Shown here piece after piece: positions 38,140-53,081 of a DNA stretch of 64,000 bases (the first letter of the stretch is position 1; every line of letters starts with the position of its first letter). The DNA is from Octopus vulgaris. Taxonomy: Eukaryota. Position numbers and translations under genes: made by a program. The notes under the pieces are model-generated. The model had not been told where the DNA came from and ran no database searches. It saw nothing but the letters and a program-made list of their open reading frames with translations. The DNA lies in the NCBI GenBank assembly GCA_951406725.2, contig OX597816.1, forward strand, positions 13,764,001 through 13,828,000, written 5' to 3'.

Positions 38140-39385
38140 GTGTGTATGAGTGTGCGTGTGTGTGTGTGTGTGTGTGTGTATGTGACATCGAATGTGTGCA
38201 TATGTGTGGTGTGTATGTGTGTGTATGTGTGAGACTGAATGTGTGTATATGGGTGGTGTGTGTGTGTGTGTGTGTATACACATGTGTTTGTGTGTGTGTG
38301 AGATTGAATGTGTGCATAAGCATGGTGTATGTGTGTATGCATGTGTTTGTGTGTGCGTGTATGCGAGACTTAATGTGTGCATATGTGTAATGTGTGTATG
38401 CATGTGTTGGTGCGTGTATGTGTGTGTGTGTATGTTAGATTGAATGTTTTTATATGTGTGGTGTGTGTGTGTGTGCATGTGTATGTGAGATTGAATGTAT
38501 GCATGTGTGTGTGTGTGAGACTGAATGCGTGGTGTATGTGTGTGTGTGTGTATACATGCACATGTGTTTGTGTGTGTGTGTATGTGAGACTGAATGTGTG
38601 CATATGTATATTGTGTATGTGTGTGTTTGTGTACATGTGCTTGTATGAGTGTGTGCATGTTATGTGTGCATGTGTTAGTTTGTAATGAGTGTGTGCATAT
38701 TTGTGTGTGAGTATGTGTGTGTGTGTTTATGTACATCTGTCTTTGTGTGTGTAAGTGTGTGTGTGAGACTGTGTGTATGTTTATGTGTGCATATATGTCA
38801 GTATGTTATGTGTGTTCATACTTATGTGAATGAGTGTGTATATTTGCCTTTGTGTATGTATGTGTGTGTGAGTATGTTTATGTGTGTGTCCATGAGTATG
38901 CATGTGTGTATGTGTGAGTGCGTATATGTGTTAATATGTCATGTGTGTCTGCATATTTGTGAGTGTGTGCACATGCGTTTCTAATTGTGACTTTGTGTGT
39001 GTATGTGTATGTGTGAGAGCATGTGTGTCTGTGTGTACACATGTGTGTGAGTGTATTTCTGTATTTGTAGCTGCATGTGCATATGTATGTGTGAGTGTGT
39101 GTGTGTGTTATGTATACATATATGTGTATGTTATTGTGTGTCCATGTGCATGTATGTGTGTGTGTGTACGTGTGTGTGTTTGTGCTTGCATGAATATATG
39201 TGGATGTGATGTGTGTATATGTATCAGTATATTATGTGTCCATGTATGTGTTCATGTGGGTGAGTGTGTGTTTTGTGTATATGTATACGTTATGTTTGTC
39301 CTTGTGTATGTGAGTGTGTATGTATGCATGTGGATGTATATTTATACCTGTCTGAGTGAGTGTATGCTTGCGTGTGTGCAAGCGT

Positions 39386-39422
<37 letters not shown>

Positions 39423-39843
39423 TTGTGTGTCTATATGTGTGTGTCTATGAGTGTACGTGTCTGCATGTGTATCTGTGCGTGTGTATGTGTGTGTGTCCAT
39501 GTGTGCGTATGTGTTTGTGTGACCATGCTGTGTGTGTGTGTGTGTGTGTTATGTGTGCATATGTGTTAGTATGTTATGCCTGTGAGCATGTGAGTGTGTA
39601 TGTGATTGTATGTGTGTCTGTATTGTGCGTATATGCATGTATGTGTGTCCATATTGTGTGAGTGTCCATGTGTGTGTATGTGTGTGTGTCCATGTGTGTA
39701 TGTTTGTGTGTGTGTGTGTTATGTGTGCATATGTGTCAGTATGTTATGCCTGTGAGCATGTGAGTGTGTATGTGATTGTATGTGTGTCTGTATTGTGTGT
39801 ATATACATGTATTTGTGTCCGTATTGTATGAGTGTCCATGTGT

Positions 39844-39902
<59 letters not shown>
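38140..39902. repeat. 1.8-kb degenerate (TG)n satellite with recurring GAGA(T/C)TGAATG
   Basis: Read directly. The block near 39480-39650 is duplicated near 39660-39830. Confidence 0.85.
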
Positions 39903-39904
<2 letters not shown>

Positions 39905-41149
39905 ATTTCCAGCCAGAAACCATTCCACCATAATTGAAGGGCTGTCACAAAATATCTTTTGACAGCTAATTCAGTAGGTTGTTTACATTTGTTTTGTTTT
40001 GTTTTTTTGTTAATTCGTATATTTTATTTTTCCTTCTTTATTTTTTTGTTTGTTTGTATGTTTGTTCATTTGATTCTCCTCCTCCACTTTCCAAAATATT
40101 CCTATAAATGTTCTATTGAGTTAAGGTCTTAAGAGAATGAAATCTATGAATGGTAATGAACACAAACACACACCTTAACCTTGTGTTGTTGTTCAACTCG
40201 TATCTGTAAAGACTTCTTAATCACCAGAGACCACAGAGGTCAACCCTCACACTGAGGAGATGACAGTACAAGTTCTTAATTTTGTTTCTTCATTTATTTT
40301 TTTAGAATGACATAAAATTTCCCAGGGATGTCTTCTGCACAAAGGAAACATAATCAAGTGTAGGGGCAAGGGTAATATAAAATACATTTAATACAAAAAA
40401 TTTACATATGTATGCATATGAAAAAAGTCTGACTTACACAGAATGGAAAAGATATCAGGAATTAAAGAGGTTGGGTAAGAGTTTTTTGAGTCTGAAAGCT
40501 GTTTCTGGGATTTTGGTGGTCCAAAATAATGATTGTAACTTTATTCCATTATCAGATACTACCAGCCTCCATCATCAGGGAAGAATTTTACATTAGAGGT
40601 GTTGACAGAGTACATTTTTTGCACTAAATGTATTTAACATTGTTTGTATATCAACCTGTTTAACTTGCTTATTCTTACGTTTACTCCTCTCTCTCTCTCT
40701 CTCTGTTTGTGTGTGTGTGTCCATTACAAATTACAGAAGAGCTACTAAAAGTTTCATGTTCTTATGATACTTTAGACAAGCAGGTTAATAAAACATGCCA
40801 TGCATTTCCAAGCAATCTTTGAGGCTCTGTTTATGTGTCAGATGTATTTTAAAAACCAGGATGCTGGATTGTGAGAAAATGAGGGAAAAAATGAGATGAA
40901 ATGAAAACATGAAGAAGGTTGATACAAAAAATGGAATGTAAAGGAAGAAAAGAAGGAAAGAAAACCAAGATCCCCATCCTCCCTGATTGCATAACAATAT
41001 AAGAGAAAAGATGCCAAAGTCTGGAATTAAGCAGTATGAGGAATTTCTTAATAAATTTAGGAAAAACGTCAATGATAGCTTTAGTCAAATGAGCCACAAA
41101 ATCCTGTTAGTACTGACCTATCAAAAGTCAATTTTTTTATGTTTCCCTA

Positions 41150-41990
41150 GATCTAAACTACCATTCTTATTAACCATACCATCAGCCAAATGAGAAACTC
41201 TCCTATTTATGTAAACAGTACTGTCAACCCCCTATCATGTTTGAAATCCTGATAGCTTATTAGTAATTGGATATCAATTCTCACTTCTTCTAAGGAAATA
41301 TTTGATAAGGCAGCTTGTCACTATAACAACACCCTAGTTAACAGCAGCTTCAAAGATAAGATATATAAAACCCCTTCAAGGAAAAGTACAAATCATAGGA
41401 AATACAGAAATTATTAAAAAATAGACCTAGAAAGATAATTTGGTTTATGCCACTCTGTTTCTTTCTAAATGCTAAAACCAATATAAGCAAGAAATTCCTG
41501 TCTCTTTTAGATAAGCATTTCTTAATAGATTACAAATATGGGAAGATTTTTAACAGACACTGAATTAAGATATCATACAACTGCTCCCTCAATATGAAGG
41601 ATATTTTAACTTGTAAGCATTGCCAAAAGCCCACTCCCAGTTGTAACTGTCAAAATCCTGACATTTGCCCACTTGACAGGTGTGTATGATAAACTACATC
41701 ACATATGAGGCATAAGCAACAGCAATGCTTCAAGATAACCTAACTGAAAGAAGAATTACATCAAGTTATGTAAACGCAATTTCAAAAAACATTATGCTGC
41801 CACCTATCTTCTTTCCGACACATTCCTAAAAGTAATTCCACTAAGTTATCAAGCCACATATGGGGTTTGAAGATCAATTCCACACCACATACAATCAAGA
41901 AGAGAATTGCGGAGAAATCCAAATCATATATTAATGGATCAAAGAAATGCAACTTCTTATGTAGCAGAAAGATTCCATATTCTTTGCAAA
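41150..41990 (+). mobile_element. Degenerate Penelope-like element remnant
   Basis: Frameshifted pieces (EIFDKAACHYNNTL, RKIIWF, KKFLSLLDKHF, IKISYNC, CNCQNPDICPLD, NSTKLSSHIWGLK) match recalled PLE linker and GIY-YIG motifs. Confidence 0.75.
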
Positions 41991-43297
41991 TCCAAGAATT
42001 CCATCACACTGTCTAATTCCAGATCTGAAATTTTTAGCAGGTGAAAACATATGGACAGGTTTCTTTTGTAAAACTGGAGGGTCACCACCCACTCCAGACT
42101 GACTAGCTGACTCATAGACTGTGGCATCTTTGCTGTTATATTGTTCTGCACCAGCTGCATTAACTGTGGTTTCTGCAATCAGGGAGAAGAAGAATCTTGG
42201 TTTTCCTCTCTTCTTTTCTTTTTTCTCATTCCACTTTTTGCATCATCCTTCTTCACACCTCTTTTCTTCTTTCATCTCATTTTCTACAAGTTCAGCATCC
42301 TCGTTTTCAAAATACATCTTACACATAAACAGAGCTTGAAAGATTGCTTGAAAATACATGACATGTTTTATAAGTCTGCCAATTTAAAGTATCATAAAGG
42401 CATGAAACTATTAGTAACTCTTTCATAATAGTGAGAAATGAATTGGTATTTATCTCTCACTAGAAAGCAGGCTTTTTTATGTTGATTCTACATGTATCGG
42501 ATTTATAAACTATATATATATAGTTTATAGTTTGAAGCTGAAGTTTAACCTGAAATATATTGTGGTCTATGCCAGTGCAGCATAACCAGCTCATTTAAGA
42601 GTACCCTTCAATCATTGGGCAATAAACTGTGCTTGTGAAGACCTGTTGAGGCAATTGAAGTCATTGTCATGGCCGATGGCAGTACCACCTGATTGGCACC
42701 AGTGCCAGTGGCATGTGAAAGGCACCATTCAAGCATGGTTGATGCCAGTACTGCCTGACTAGCCCTCATGCCGGTGGCACATAAAAAGCACCAACTACAC
42801 TCTTGGGAGTGGCTGGCATTAAGAAGGGCATCCAGCTGTAAACTTTGCCAGATCAGATTGGAGCATGGTACAGCCTCCTGGCTTGCCAGCTCTCAGTCAA
42901 ACTGTCCAACCCATGCCAGCATGGAAAGCAAATGTTAAACAACAACAATCATGATGATGGTGATTTAAAATGCATTCATAAACTTGTGTCTTCAGAGTGT
43001 GTGTGTGTGTGTGCATGTGCGCTTACATGTTTGCAAATGTAAGTGAATATGTTATTGCTACATGTTCTTTACTATTTTCACTTTTTAAAATTCTCCACTG
43101 AAGTGAATACTGGTTTATAACCTACAAAGTTCCCCTCTTTGGACTCCAGGCAACTTTAGTTACTGAGAAAAGTCACTCACTAAACTTTGTAAATGTCATC
43201 TATATTCATATGCATGTTCTATAATTCCTTTTATGTGCAACTGTTTACAAACATTATATATATATATACATATATATACAAATATATATATACATAT

Positions 43298-43361
<64 letters not shown>

Positions 43362-44323
43362 ATATATGTATATATATATATATATGTATGTATACATATA
43401 TATATATGTACAGCCATTTTTTTTAATATATATATATTCATTTTTTAATATACATTTTTATAAACGCAGGCATAAAATTGTTCATATATATACACACACA
43501 CACTCACACATACATTAGTTTCTTTACATATATTTTTATGAACACAAACATAAAAATATATGTGTGTGTATATATATATATATATACTTATGCATAATAA
43601 TTTGGTATATACATAATTAAAGCACATTGATGTTCTTTCTTCGAAATGTTGAACAGTTTTAAAAGTTAAATTTTCATTGAAATCTTTGAATGGACCAAAT
43701 ATTGACTTTAATAGGTCTAATTTGGTAGCAAATCGGAGATAGAATTTCAATGGCAAATGTTAGGAAGATAAAGAAATTGAAATAACCGATTCTGTCATGA
43801 TGATTTGCATTTTAACTTGGATATCATCTTTCTTCGAGAGGGGGGGCAAAATGTTCTCTTTGATCTTGCCACAGAAATGGAAAATTCTTGATTCCACTTC
43901 AATTTTAAAGACAGTTTAACAATGGCAATTATTCAAAAGAATTTGGGTGGAAGATGCTGCTTTGATTTGTGTAAAACAATGCAGAAGAGAAAAGCAAGGG
44001 TGAAAAGGTCTCCTTAAGGCGGAAAAAATCCAATTCTTTATTCATTCTTTTCCAAAACTATTCTTAAACAAAATCAATTTGGAATTAAAACAAAACGGCT
44101 TCACAAAATATCATATACATACAAACATACAAACATATACACATACACACATACATGCATACATACATACATTCATACATTCACACATATATACATACAT
44201 ATATACATATATATAAATACATATACATATATGCACACATACATACATACACACATATATACATATATACATATATACATATATATAAATACATACATAT
44301 ATGCATATATATACACATACATG

Positions 44324-44355
<32 letters not shown>

Positions 44356-45536
44356 AAAATACATATGCATATATATAAATACATATACATATATATATGC
44401 ATACATAAACATATATGCAAACATACATATACACACTCATACGTATACATATATATATACACACATACAAATATGTATTAAACATATGCACACATACATC
44501 TCTCCGTCCTTCTCTCTCTCTCTCTCTCTCACACACACATGCACACACATGTACACAAAATGTACGCACACACACAGAAAGTATTGTTGCAGCACTAACA
44601 CCCCTTAATAATTTTCTGATAAAAATTTTTTAAAAAAACATACATTTTTAAAAAAAACGGTGGTGGGGAGGATTAATTGTTCTTTTCTTTTTCTCCATCG
44701 AGGGGCCATTGTTGAAATATCATAATTTATGATTATATTTTCAGCCTCAAGGAGAATATCTTTTACCACAAAAATGTTTTCACTATTTTCACAACAATGA
44801 ACGCTCATACAATAATGCAAAGAACACACAATTATCTTCTCAAACTAAACCAAATGCCATTTGTATTGTATATCAAAGGGCACTAATTAAGGTGTTTTAG
44901 ACCAGCTAATAATAGTTCTTATTTGACATATTGTTCATGCGGTTCATCGAGTGGTTTTACTAAGATACCATCAATAAATTTATCATAAATGCACTAATTC
45001 TTAAAATTATGCACACACCCATGCATATATGAATGCACACATGCACACAAATACACACAGACAGAGCCACTCTTCAATTTTTCAAATGCTTTTTTTTTTC
45101 TTCTTAGTATAGAAAAGTTTTAAACTTAAAGGCCAGAACTACCATTACAATATGAAGTTTTAAGCGAAGAATCTTTCCAAAATAGAGATCCAAAAATTTG
45201 GTATTCTACACAAAGAATAAATGTTTTGATTGCAGCAGCAACATCGTCGTTAAATGTCTACTTTTCCATGTTTGGATGGGTTCGTTTATGTTCTTTTATT
45301 CTTGTACTTGTTTTCTGTCATTTGACTGTGGTCTTGCTGGAGCACCGCCTTTTAGTCGAGCAAATCAACCCCAGGAGTTATTCATTGTAAGCCTAGTACT
45401 TATTCTATCACTCTCTTTTGCTGAACCGATAGGGGATGTAAACACACAAGCATCAGTTGTCAAGTGATGTTGGGAAGACAAACACAGACACACTAACATA
45501 CACACACATACATATATATTTGTATATGTGTGTGTG

Positions 45537-45584
<48 letters not shown>

Positions 45585-45683
45585 ATCCAAACATGAAAAC
45601 ACAAAGAGTGAGGACATGACAACAGTGTGAGGATGTGGAACAAGTATAGTGTTATTGGACACTCAGGAAAGGAAAGAAAGGAG

Positions 45684-45720
45684 GATTTAACGTTTCGAGC
45701 GGAGCTCTTCATCAGAGACA
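45684..45720 (-). ncRNA. Minimal hammerhead-like motif in a PLE-type terminal fragment (about 45580-45790)
   Basis: CTGATGA-A-GAGC(tcc)GCTC-GAAACGTT, with a weak stem I. A truncated sister copy lies near 33875-33893. Confidence 0.55.
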
Positions 45721-47807
45721 TAGGAAAAGGAAAGATCCAAGGAAGGGAAGACGGAGAAAGAAAATCGCCAACGATACACACGCGGTCACAGACTTCTATC
45801 AGTTTCTGTCTACCAAATCCACTCCCAAGGATTTAGTCAGCCTGAGGCTACAGTAAAAGACACTTGCCGAAGTTGCCAAGCAGTGGGACTGAACCCAGAA
45901 CCATGTGGTTGGTAAGCAAGCTATTTACCACACAGCCACTCCTGCACATTTTACTACAGCTGGATGCCCTTCCTGTCACTAACCATCAACTGTTTCTAAG
46001 CAAGCTAATATTTTTCCCCTAGCTAACGCAATGAGCTGAGAGGATTGGCAATTTTGCCTGTCTCTACGTTCTGAGTTCAAATTCAGCTGAGGTCAACTTT
46101 TCCATTCATCCTTTCAGGGTCAACAAGATATGTCTCTGCTGAGCATTAAGGGCCAATGTAATCAACTTACTTCCTTCCCAAAACTTCCTGGCCTTGTGCC
46201 AAAATTTGAAACCAATATTTTTCCAAGGCTTCTTTCAGTTTCCATCTCCACAAATCCACTTACAAGTCTTTGGCTGGCCTGGAGGGAGTCACATCAGAAA
46301 ACACTCGCCCAAAGTGCCATGCGGTCGGATTGAACCAGACACCATGTGGCTAGGAAGCATATTTCTCAACCAAAATGAACATAAACATAGGCGCAGGAGG
46401 GGCTATGTGGTGAGTAGCTTGCTAACCAACCACATAGTCCCGGGTTCAGTCCCACTGCGTGGCATCTTGGGAAGTGTCTTCTGCTATAGCCCCGGGCCGA
46501 CCAATGCCTTGTGAGTGGATTTGGTAGACGGAAACTGAAAGAAGCCTGTCATATATAAGTATATATATATGTGTGTGTATGTGTTTGTGTGTCTGTGTTT
46601 GTCCCCCTGGTGCGTTTACGTCCCTGTCACTTAGCGGTTCGGCAAAAGAGACCGATAGAATAAGTACTGGGCTTACAAAGAATGAGTCCCGGGGTCGATT
46701 TGCTCGACTAAAAGGCGGTGCTCCAGCATGGCCGCAGTCAAATGACTGAAACAAGTAAAAGAGAGTAAAAAAAAAAAAAAGAGACCCAACACCCAAAAAA
46801 TAGCAGTATTCTCAATGAAAAGCAAAAAAAGCAACACATACAGAAATAAATATAAATCAAGTATTACACATCACACTAAATAGACAATTTTCTAGTCTGA
46901 TTTATCAACACCCAAAATCAGAAAATATTCAATTATTGGTAATCAGGACAATGACAGGCAGAATTCAGAATTTATTCCGAGTTTGGTAAGCACTAAAATG
47001 TTTCCTACTAAGAAACAGTAAGAGAGATGCTTGATAATATATGAGTCTACTTTGTAATAATTTACCTGTAGAATATTTCTGACAACAAGGTATCCTGTCT
47101 ATTCTGAAGTCTGGTGACCAACAAGACAAATTATTAACAGAGGACATTTTTTGTGTTCTGTTCAAGTCATGTATGTTTTTTTTTTCCTGTTTTTGATCTT
47201 TCTTTAGCCCCAGGACTCACAAAGACCAGTTACCTGGTTTTCATGTTGTTCAGGTGACCAACATCACAACCTTCCACCTGAAGGAGATGACAGTCCGGTG
47301 CAGGATTCAAGGCCAGCGATTTCGAAGAGAAAGGACAAGGTGATTATATCAACCCCAATTCTTGACATGTACATTATTTTACTGACTCCAAAAGAGATGA
47401 AAGGCAAAACTGACTTTGGAATAGCACCAATTGATTAGCTAATTAGTTAAAAGGTTACCTAACTGACTAATAATAATAAAAGAAGTGAAATGGAACCAGT
47501 GTGTGTGTGTTTATTATTGGCATTATGACCCTCCCAAGATGCAACACAAATCTGTTTCGACCAAATACAAAAACGAAATACAACCCATATTTTTCCACCA
47601 AACACATACTCTCTCTCTTTTTTACTTGTTTCAGTCATTTGACTGTGGTCATACTGGAGCACTGACTTATTCTTTGTAAGCCTAGTACTTATTCTATCAG
47701 TCTCTTTTGCCGAACCGCTAAGTTACAGGGACGTAAACACACCAGCATTGTTGTCAAGTGATGTTGGGGGGACAAACACAGACACACAAACATAAACACA
47801 CATATAC

Positions 47808-47882
<75 letters not shown>

Positions 47883-48329
47883 ATTGGCCTGCTCGCTTAG
47901 CCAGCAGGGTGGCGTCATTTGAAGGCTAAAACAATGCAAAGCACATTGTGACCAGCGATGTGTAGCAACATCTGATAGCCTGGTCAGTCACGTGATCACA
48001 TGATATATATACATATATACGACAGGCTTCTTTCAGTTTCCATCAACCAAATCCACTCATAAGGCTTTGATTGGCCCGAGGCTATAGTAGAAGACACTTG
48101 CCCAAGATGCCATGCAATGGGAAGGAAGCCGGAACCATGTGATTCGTTAGCAAGCTACTTACCACACAGCCACTCCTACGCCTATATGTTGGATTTTGAA
48201 GAAACGATGGCGGTAGCAGTGATGCAGAAAATTTCTAGTAGTACGAGAAAAATATGTTTAATTCTATAAAAATGAGTGACCAAAAGTGATTGAAAATCAT
48301 GCAGCATAAAAAACATTTGTAGTACTTAC

Positions 48330-48473
48330 GAGACAAAGGATAATGTTCTGTGATGTGACCACTATCAGGCTGCAATCAATTTTCTTTCTAATTTTCTCTT
48401 TTACTTTGTATCTCATATCATTAGGTTCGTTGCTGTACAATTCATAGATGACAATTTTATCAGGAAGCTGGAC
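48330..48473 (-). CDS. IFT122: IFT122 internal exon (144 nt): [48 protein letters not shown]
   Basis: Acceptor gaccag, donor gtaagt. Matches IQLPEKILIYEL...YRVKEKI...CNLLVVCANHIILC. Confidence 0.95.
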
Positions 48474-51175
48474 CTGGTCAGACGAAAAAGAGATCAGAGT
48501 CAAAAATCTAATAACGACCGCAAAAATACAGTTCAGTAATTATTTCACACTGATTAAATTGTGATTGATAAATATGAAGTGGAAACGGTGAAGAATGTAA
48601 GCAATTACTTTAGGTACAAAGTAGTTAATGAAATGTTTTGTACAGTGGGTTTGAGAAAGGAGAGATCCTCATCATCATCATCGACATCATCATCAAGTGG
48701 AGGCGCAATGGCCCAGTGGTTAGGGCAGCAGACTCGCGGTCGGAGGATCACGGTTTCGATTCCCAGACCGGGCGTTGTGTGTGTTTATTGAGCGAAAACA
48801 CCTAAAGCTCCACGAGGATCCGGCAGGGGTTGGTGGCGACCCCTGTTGTACTCTTTCACCCCAACTTTCTCTCACTCTTTCTTCCTGTTTCTTGTCCCCG
48901 ACTTCCTACACAACCGCTGAGCCTGGATGCACATTCATCCATCCGTCGATGCTCTCGGTGTCAGGGGTTGACCTGCTTTCTCTTCTGCGGGTCTTACGAA
49001 TAGCAAAGGACCACGTTTCGGACTTCTCCCACTCTGGGATGAAGACCGCTTCGCTCAACAAACAAACAAACAAACAAACATCATCATCATCATCATCATT
49101 TACGTTTGTCATCCATGCTGGCATGGACTGGACAGTTTGACCAGAGCTGGGAAGCTGGATGGAGCCACACCAGACTCAAGTCTGATTCGGCACAGTTTCT
49201 ACAAATGGATGCCCTTCCTAATGCCAACCGCTTTACAGAATGGGCTGCATGTTTTCATGTGGCACCACATGGGTGCTTCTATGTGACACAGCATAGGCCT
49301 TTTCACATGGAACCACACGGGTGCTTCTAAATGGCACTGCACAGGTGTGCTTTTATGTGGCACCGTAGACAAAAAATATACAAAAAATAGGTAAAACAAG
49401 AAATAGAAAAAAAAAAAATAAAACTCAGGTGAAATAGTTTATTTAAACAAATAATTTTTTTCTTTCTGTGCATTTATTTTCCAGTTTAGCATGAATGCAA
49501 TAGAAATTTTTTGCAACATTTGACAGCATGGAAGAATGGATATGAAAATAAGAGTATTGACAGTGATGGTTTCAAAGTTTAGCACAAGGCCAGCAATTTC
49601 GGAGAAAGGAGTAAGATGATTACTGCAACCCCAGTGTCCAAGTTATATATTATATGATAAACTTAACAGTTAAAAATAATAACTCATTATGTGCAACAGA
49701 AGCAGTATTAGATTAAAACAGTAATCTGTGTATCATACTTAATGCAAATACATCATGGACATCTAAATTAATTGAGGTATTTGTCAAGAGATGGTATCTC
49801 TAATGGATGCTTTGTGTTGAATGATACAAACACATCAGCAGCAGCAGGTAAAAACTAACCAGCAATGATGGAAGGGATGCAAGATACGCATCTGACCTTT
49901 GGGGGTTTTGTCAGTTGTCAGTAGCATGTACCCATCAGCAACCAGGTGATGAATACTGCAGCAGCTCCACATGATGATGATATAGTACACAGGCTGCTAA
50001 TTTTAGAAATAAAGATATGTAAAAGGCCTTACTAAATTGGTATAAAGACAGTGAAAGGATGAATTTTGAAAATAATACAGTGAAACTTGTGCCTAGGGAG
50101 GGTCATCATGTCAATAAAATTTAAAATAAACACATCATTGGACAATAAACTGTGCTTGTGATGACTTGTTGAGTCAAGTGAATTCATTGTCATGGCTGAT
50201 GCCAATACCACCTGACAGGCACCCATGTCGGTGGTGTATAAAAAAAAAACACCATTCGAGCATGATTGATGCCTGTGCTGCCTGATTGGTCCTGTGCTGG
50301 TGGCACGTAAAAAGCACCATTCAAGTGTGGCCACTGTGAGTGCTGCATCACTGGCCCCCATGCCAATGGCATGTAAAAAGCATCATTCAAGCATGGTCAT
50401 TGCTAGTGCCGCCAGACAGGCTCCCATGCCGGTGACATGTAAAAAGCACCATTCGAGTGTGGGTCATTGCCAGTGCCACGTGACTGCCTCCTATGCCGGT
50501 GGTATGTTAAAAGTACCATTTGAGCGTTTGGCTGAGGACTGGCAAGTCAGAAGGCTGTATCAGGCTCCAATCTGATCTGGCAGTGTTTCTACACCTGGAT
50601 GCCCTTCCTAACACCAACCACCCTAAGAGTGTAGTGGGTGCTTTTTACATGCCACCAGTATGGAGGCCAGTCAGGCAGTACTGGCATCAACCAAACTTGA
50701 ATGATATAATGACCATAAAGGCCACAAATTTGGCGGTGGTGGTAGTGGTGGTGGTGGTGGTGGTGGTGGTGTTGGTGTTGGTGGAGAAGTCACTTGAATT
50801 GACCTTCGTACATAACTGGTACTTTCTTTTTTTTTTACTGAGTCCCACTTGTTGCAGATGTATAAAAGACAACAATTAACTTCAGCTGGATTTGAACTGG
50901 GAACACAAAAGCACACAAACCAAATATAACAAGGCGTTCGCCTTTTGTTTTTACCCACTCTGCCACACACCACCCTTACAACCCTTACAATGACAATCAT
51001 AATAAAATTGGCTTTGCCAAAGCAACGACTGGAGGCTATTTCTGATATCATTTCCCTTGAAGGCCACATGAGAGATTCTGATGGCTCCCTCCATTGCATT
51101 CAGGTTGATTGACTTTTGTGCTTTCAAAGAGTTTTCATTTCCTAATAAAGACATCTACCAATAATGACATTACTC

Positions 51176-51207
<32 letters not shown>

Positions 51208-51553
51208 AAGAGAAAGAGATGGAGAGATGATGCAAACTAAAATTATCACCTCGTTGTATTAGAAGAAAGAAATTACATTTTCAGAACCTTGCTAAAGCCA
51301 TGATAAAAGAATTTAAATTCCATCCAATAGTTCTGTAAGAAAGCCATTCCTTTGTGCAGTAATGCTGGTAAATTGATGCATTTCCTGGATGCAGATAAAA
51401 TACCATACTTCCCTAAAACACAAAGCTAAATTATCAAGCAATAGAAACACACATCGTTGACAAAACTGGCGTCGTTAAATTCAATAAACATAGCGCCTTA
51501 TGCTATTCCATTTACAAAATATCGGCTCAGTTATCTAAAAAGGTCAAACTCAC

Positions 51554-51612
51554 AGCTAGTCTCTGGTGATAAACGGCAATTTTTTTCACTGCATCACGGC
51601 ATTTAATTCTCA
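51554..51612 (-). CDS. IFT122: IFT122 internal exon (59 nt): (V)RIKCRDAVKKIAVYHQRLA
   Basis: Acceptor ctttgcag, donor gtgagt. Matches IFT122 [20 protein letters not shown], and the phase agrees with both neighbours. Confidence 0.95.
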
Positions 51613-53040
51613 CTGCAAAGAGAGAAAAACAACAAAACTTATAAAAATTTTTTTCTGAAAAAAAATAAATAAATAAAGTTGGAGAGACAACAAAAAGCAA
51701 AAAGCAAAAATAAAAAGAAACAGATAAATTGTTAAACATTAATCTCTAAGTAAAAATATTTTTCCTTCTTTTCAACTGTTTTATCGTTTTACATGAAGGA
51801 TGGATGAATCTAACAGGCCAATATATATTTGATTGGAATCTATCAAAAGTCTTGAACACTGAATAAATGCAGGGTAGAAATGGGTCTGCTAGGGAATAAG
51901 ACAATATAAAAAGGATGGGGGAAAAAAGATTTTAAAAAAAAAATAGCAAGTAGCTGTGATAATGGCCTGGATTATTGATTTTGTGATTGCTGTTTAGATT
52001 GGGAGAAGTTCAAATTGAAATTAAAGTGATCGAAATATACATGCGGAGTGAAGAGGAGAAGAAACCGAATAGAAATGTCCATGTGGAGGTGGTGGTGGTG
52101 ATGGTGGTGGCAGTGGTGGTGGTGGTGGTGGTGGTGGTGGTGGTGGCAGTGGTGTGGTGGTGGTGGTGGCATTGGTGTGGTGGTGGTTGTGGTGCTGTTG
52201 ATGATGGTGGTGGTGATGTTGTGGGGGTGTTCAACTGGTGGTGGTGTTTATGTAATGGTAGTAGCAGCATTGATGAGGTGGTGGTGGCGTTGATGGTGGT
52301 GGTGATGTGGTGGTGATGGTGGTGGTGATGTGGTGGTGGTGGTGGTGGTGGTGGTGTTGACGATGGTGGTGTTGGAGTTGTGGTGGTGTTGATGATGGTA
52401 GTGTTGGTGTTGTGGTGGTGTTCAAGTGGTAGTGGTGGTGATGTTGAGGTGGTGTTCAGGTGGTGGTAATGTTTATGTAATGGTAGTAGCAACACTGATG
52501 AGGTGGTGGTGGTGGTGGATTTCTGGTCGCTCCAATGAGGATTCAATCGGTCAATCAACTGAACAACTTCCTCCTGAATCAACATGTAAGTGGTTGAGTA
52601 TTCCACAGACACGCATACCCTTAATTCTCAGATGGGATCAGCATGACACAAACTATGATAATTATAGAGCACAATCCATCCAAAAGGCTTCTATGCAGTT
52701 TCCATCTGGGTACCCAACTTAATTTACAAGGTCTGACAAAATAAGAGGCTACAGAAAGCAACATTTGCCCAAGATGGCAAGCAGAGCCATCAAACATGGT
52801 ATTCTGTGATTTTAAGATGCAAAGATTCTTGTAGACTGTGCCCACAAGAAAGCTAAACCATTAGCCATTAAACTGACCATAGGCACAGGTGTGGCTGTGT
52901 GGTAAGAAGTTTGCTTCCCAAACCGCATGGTTCCAGGTTCAGTCTCACTGCGTGGCACCTTGGGCAAGTGCTTTCTACTATAGTCAGTGAATGAAATTGG
53001 GAGATGGAAACCGAAAGAAGCCCATTGTGTGTGTGTGTGT

Positions 53041-53081
<41 letters not shown>

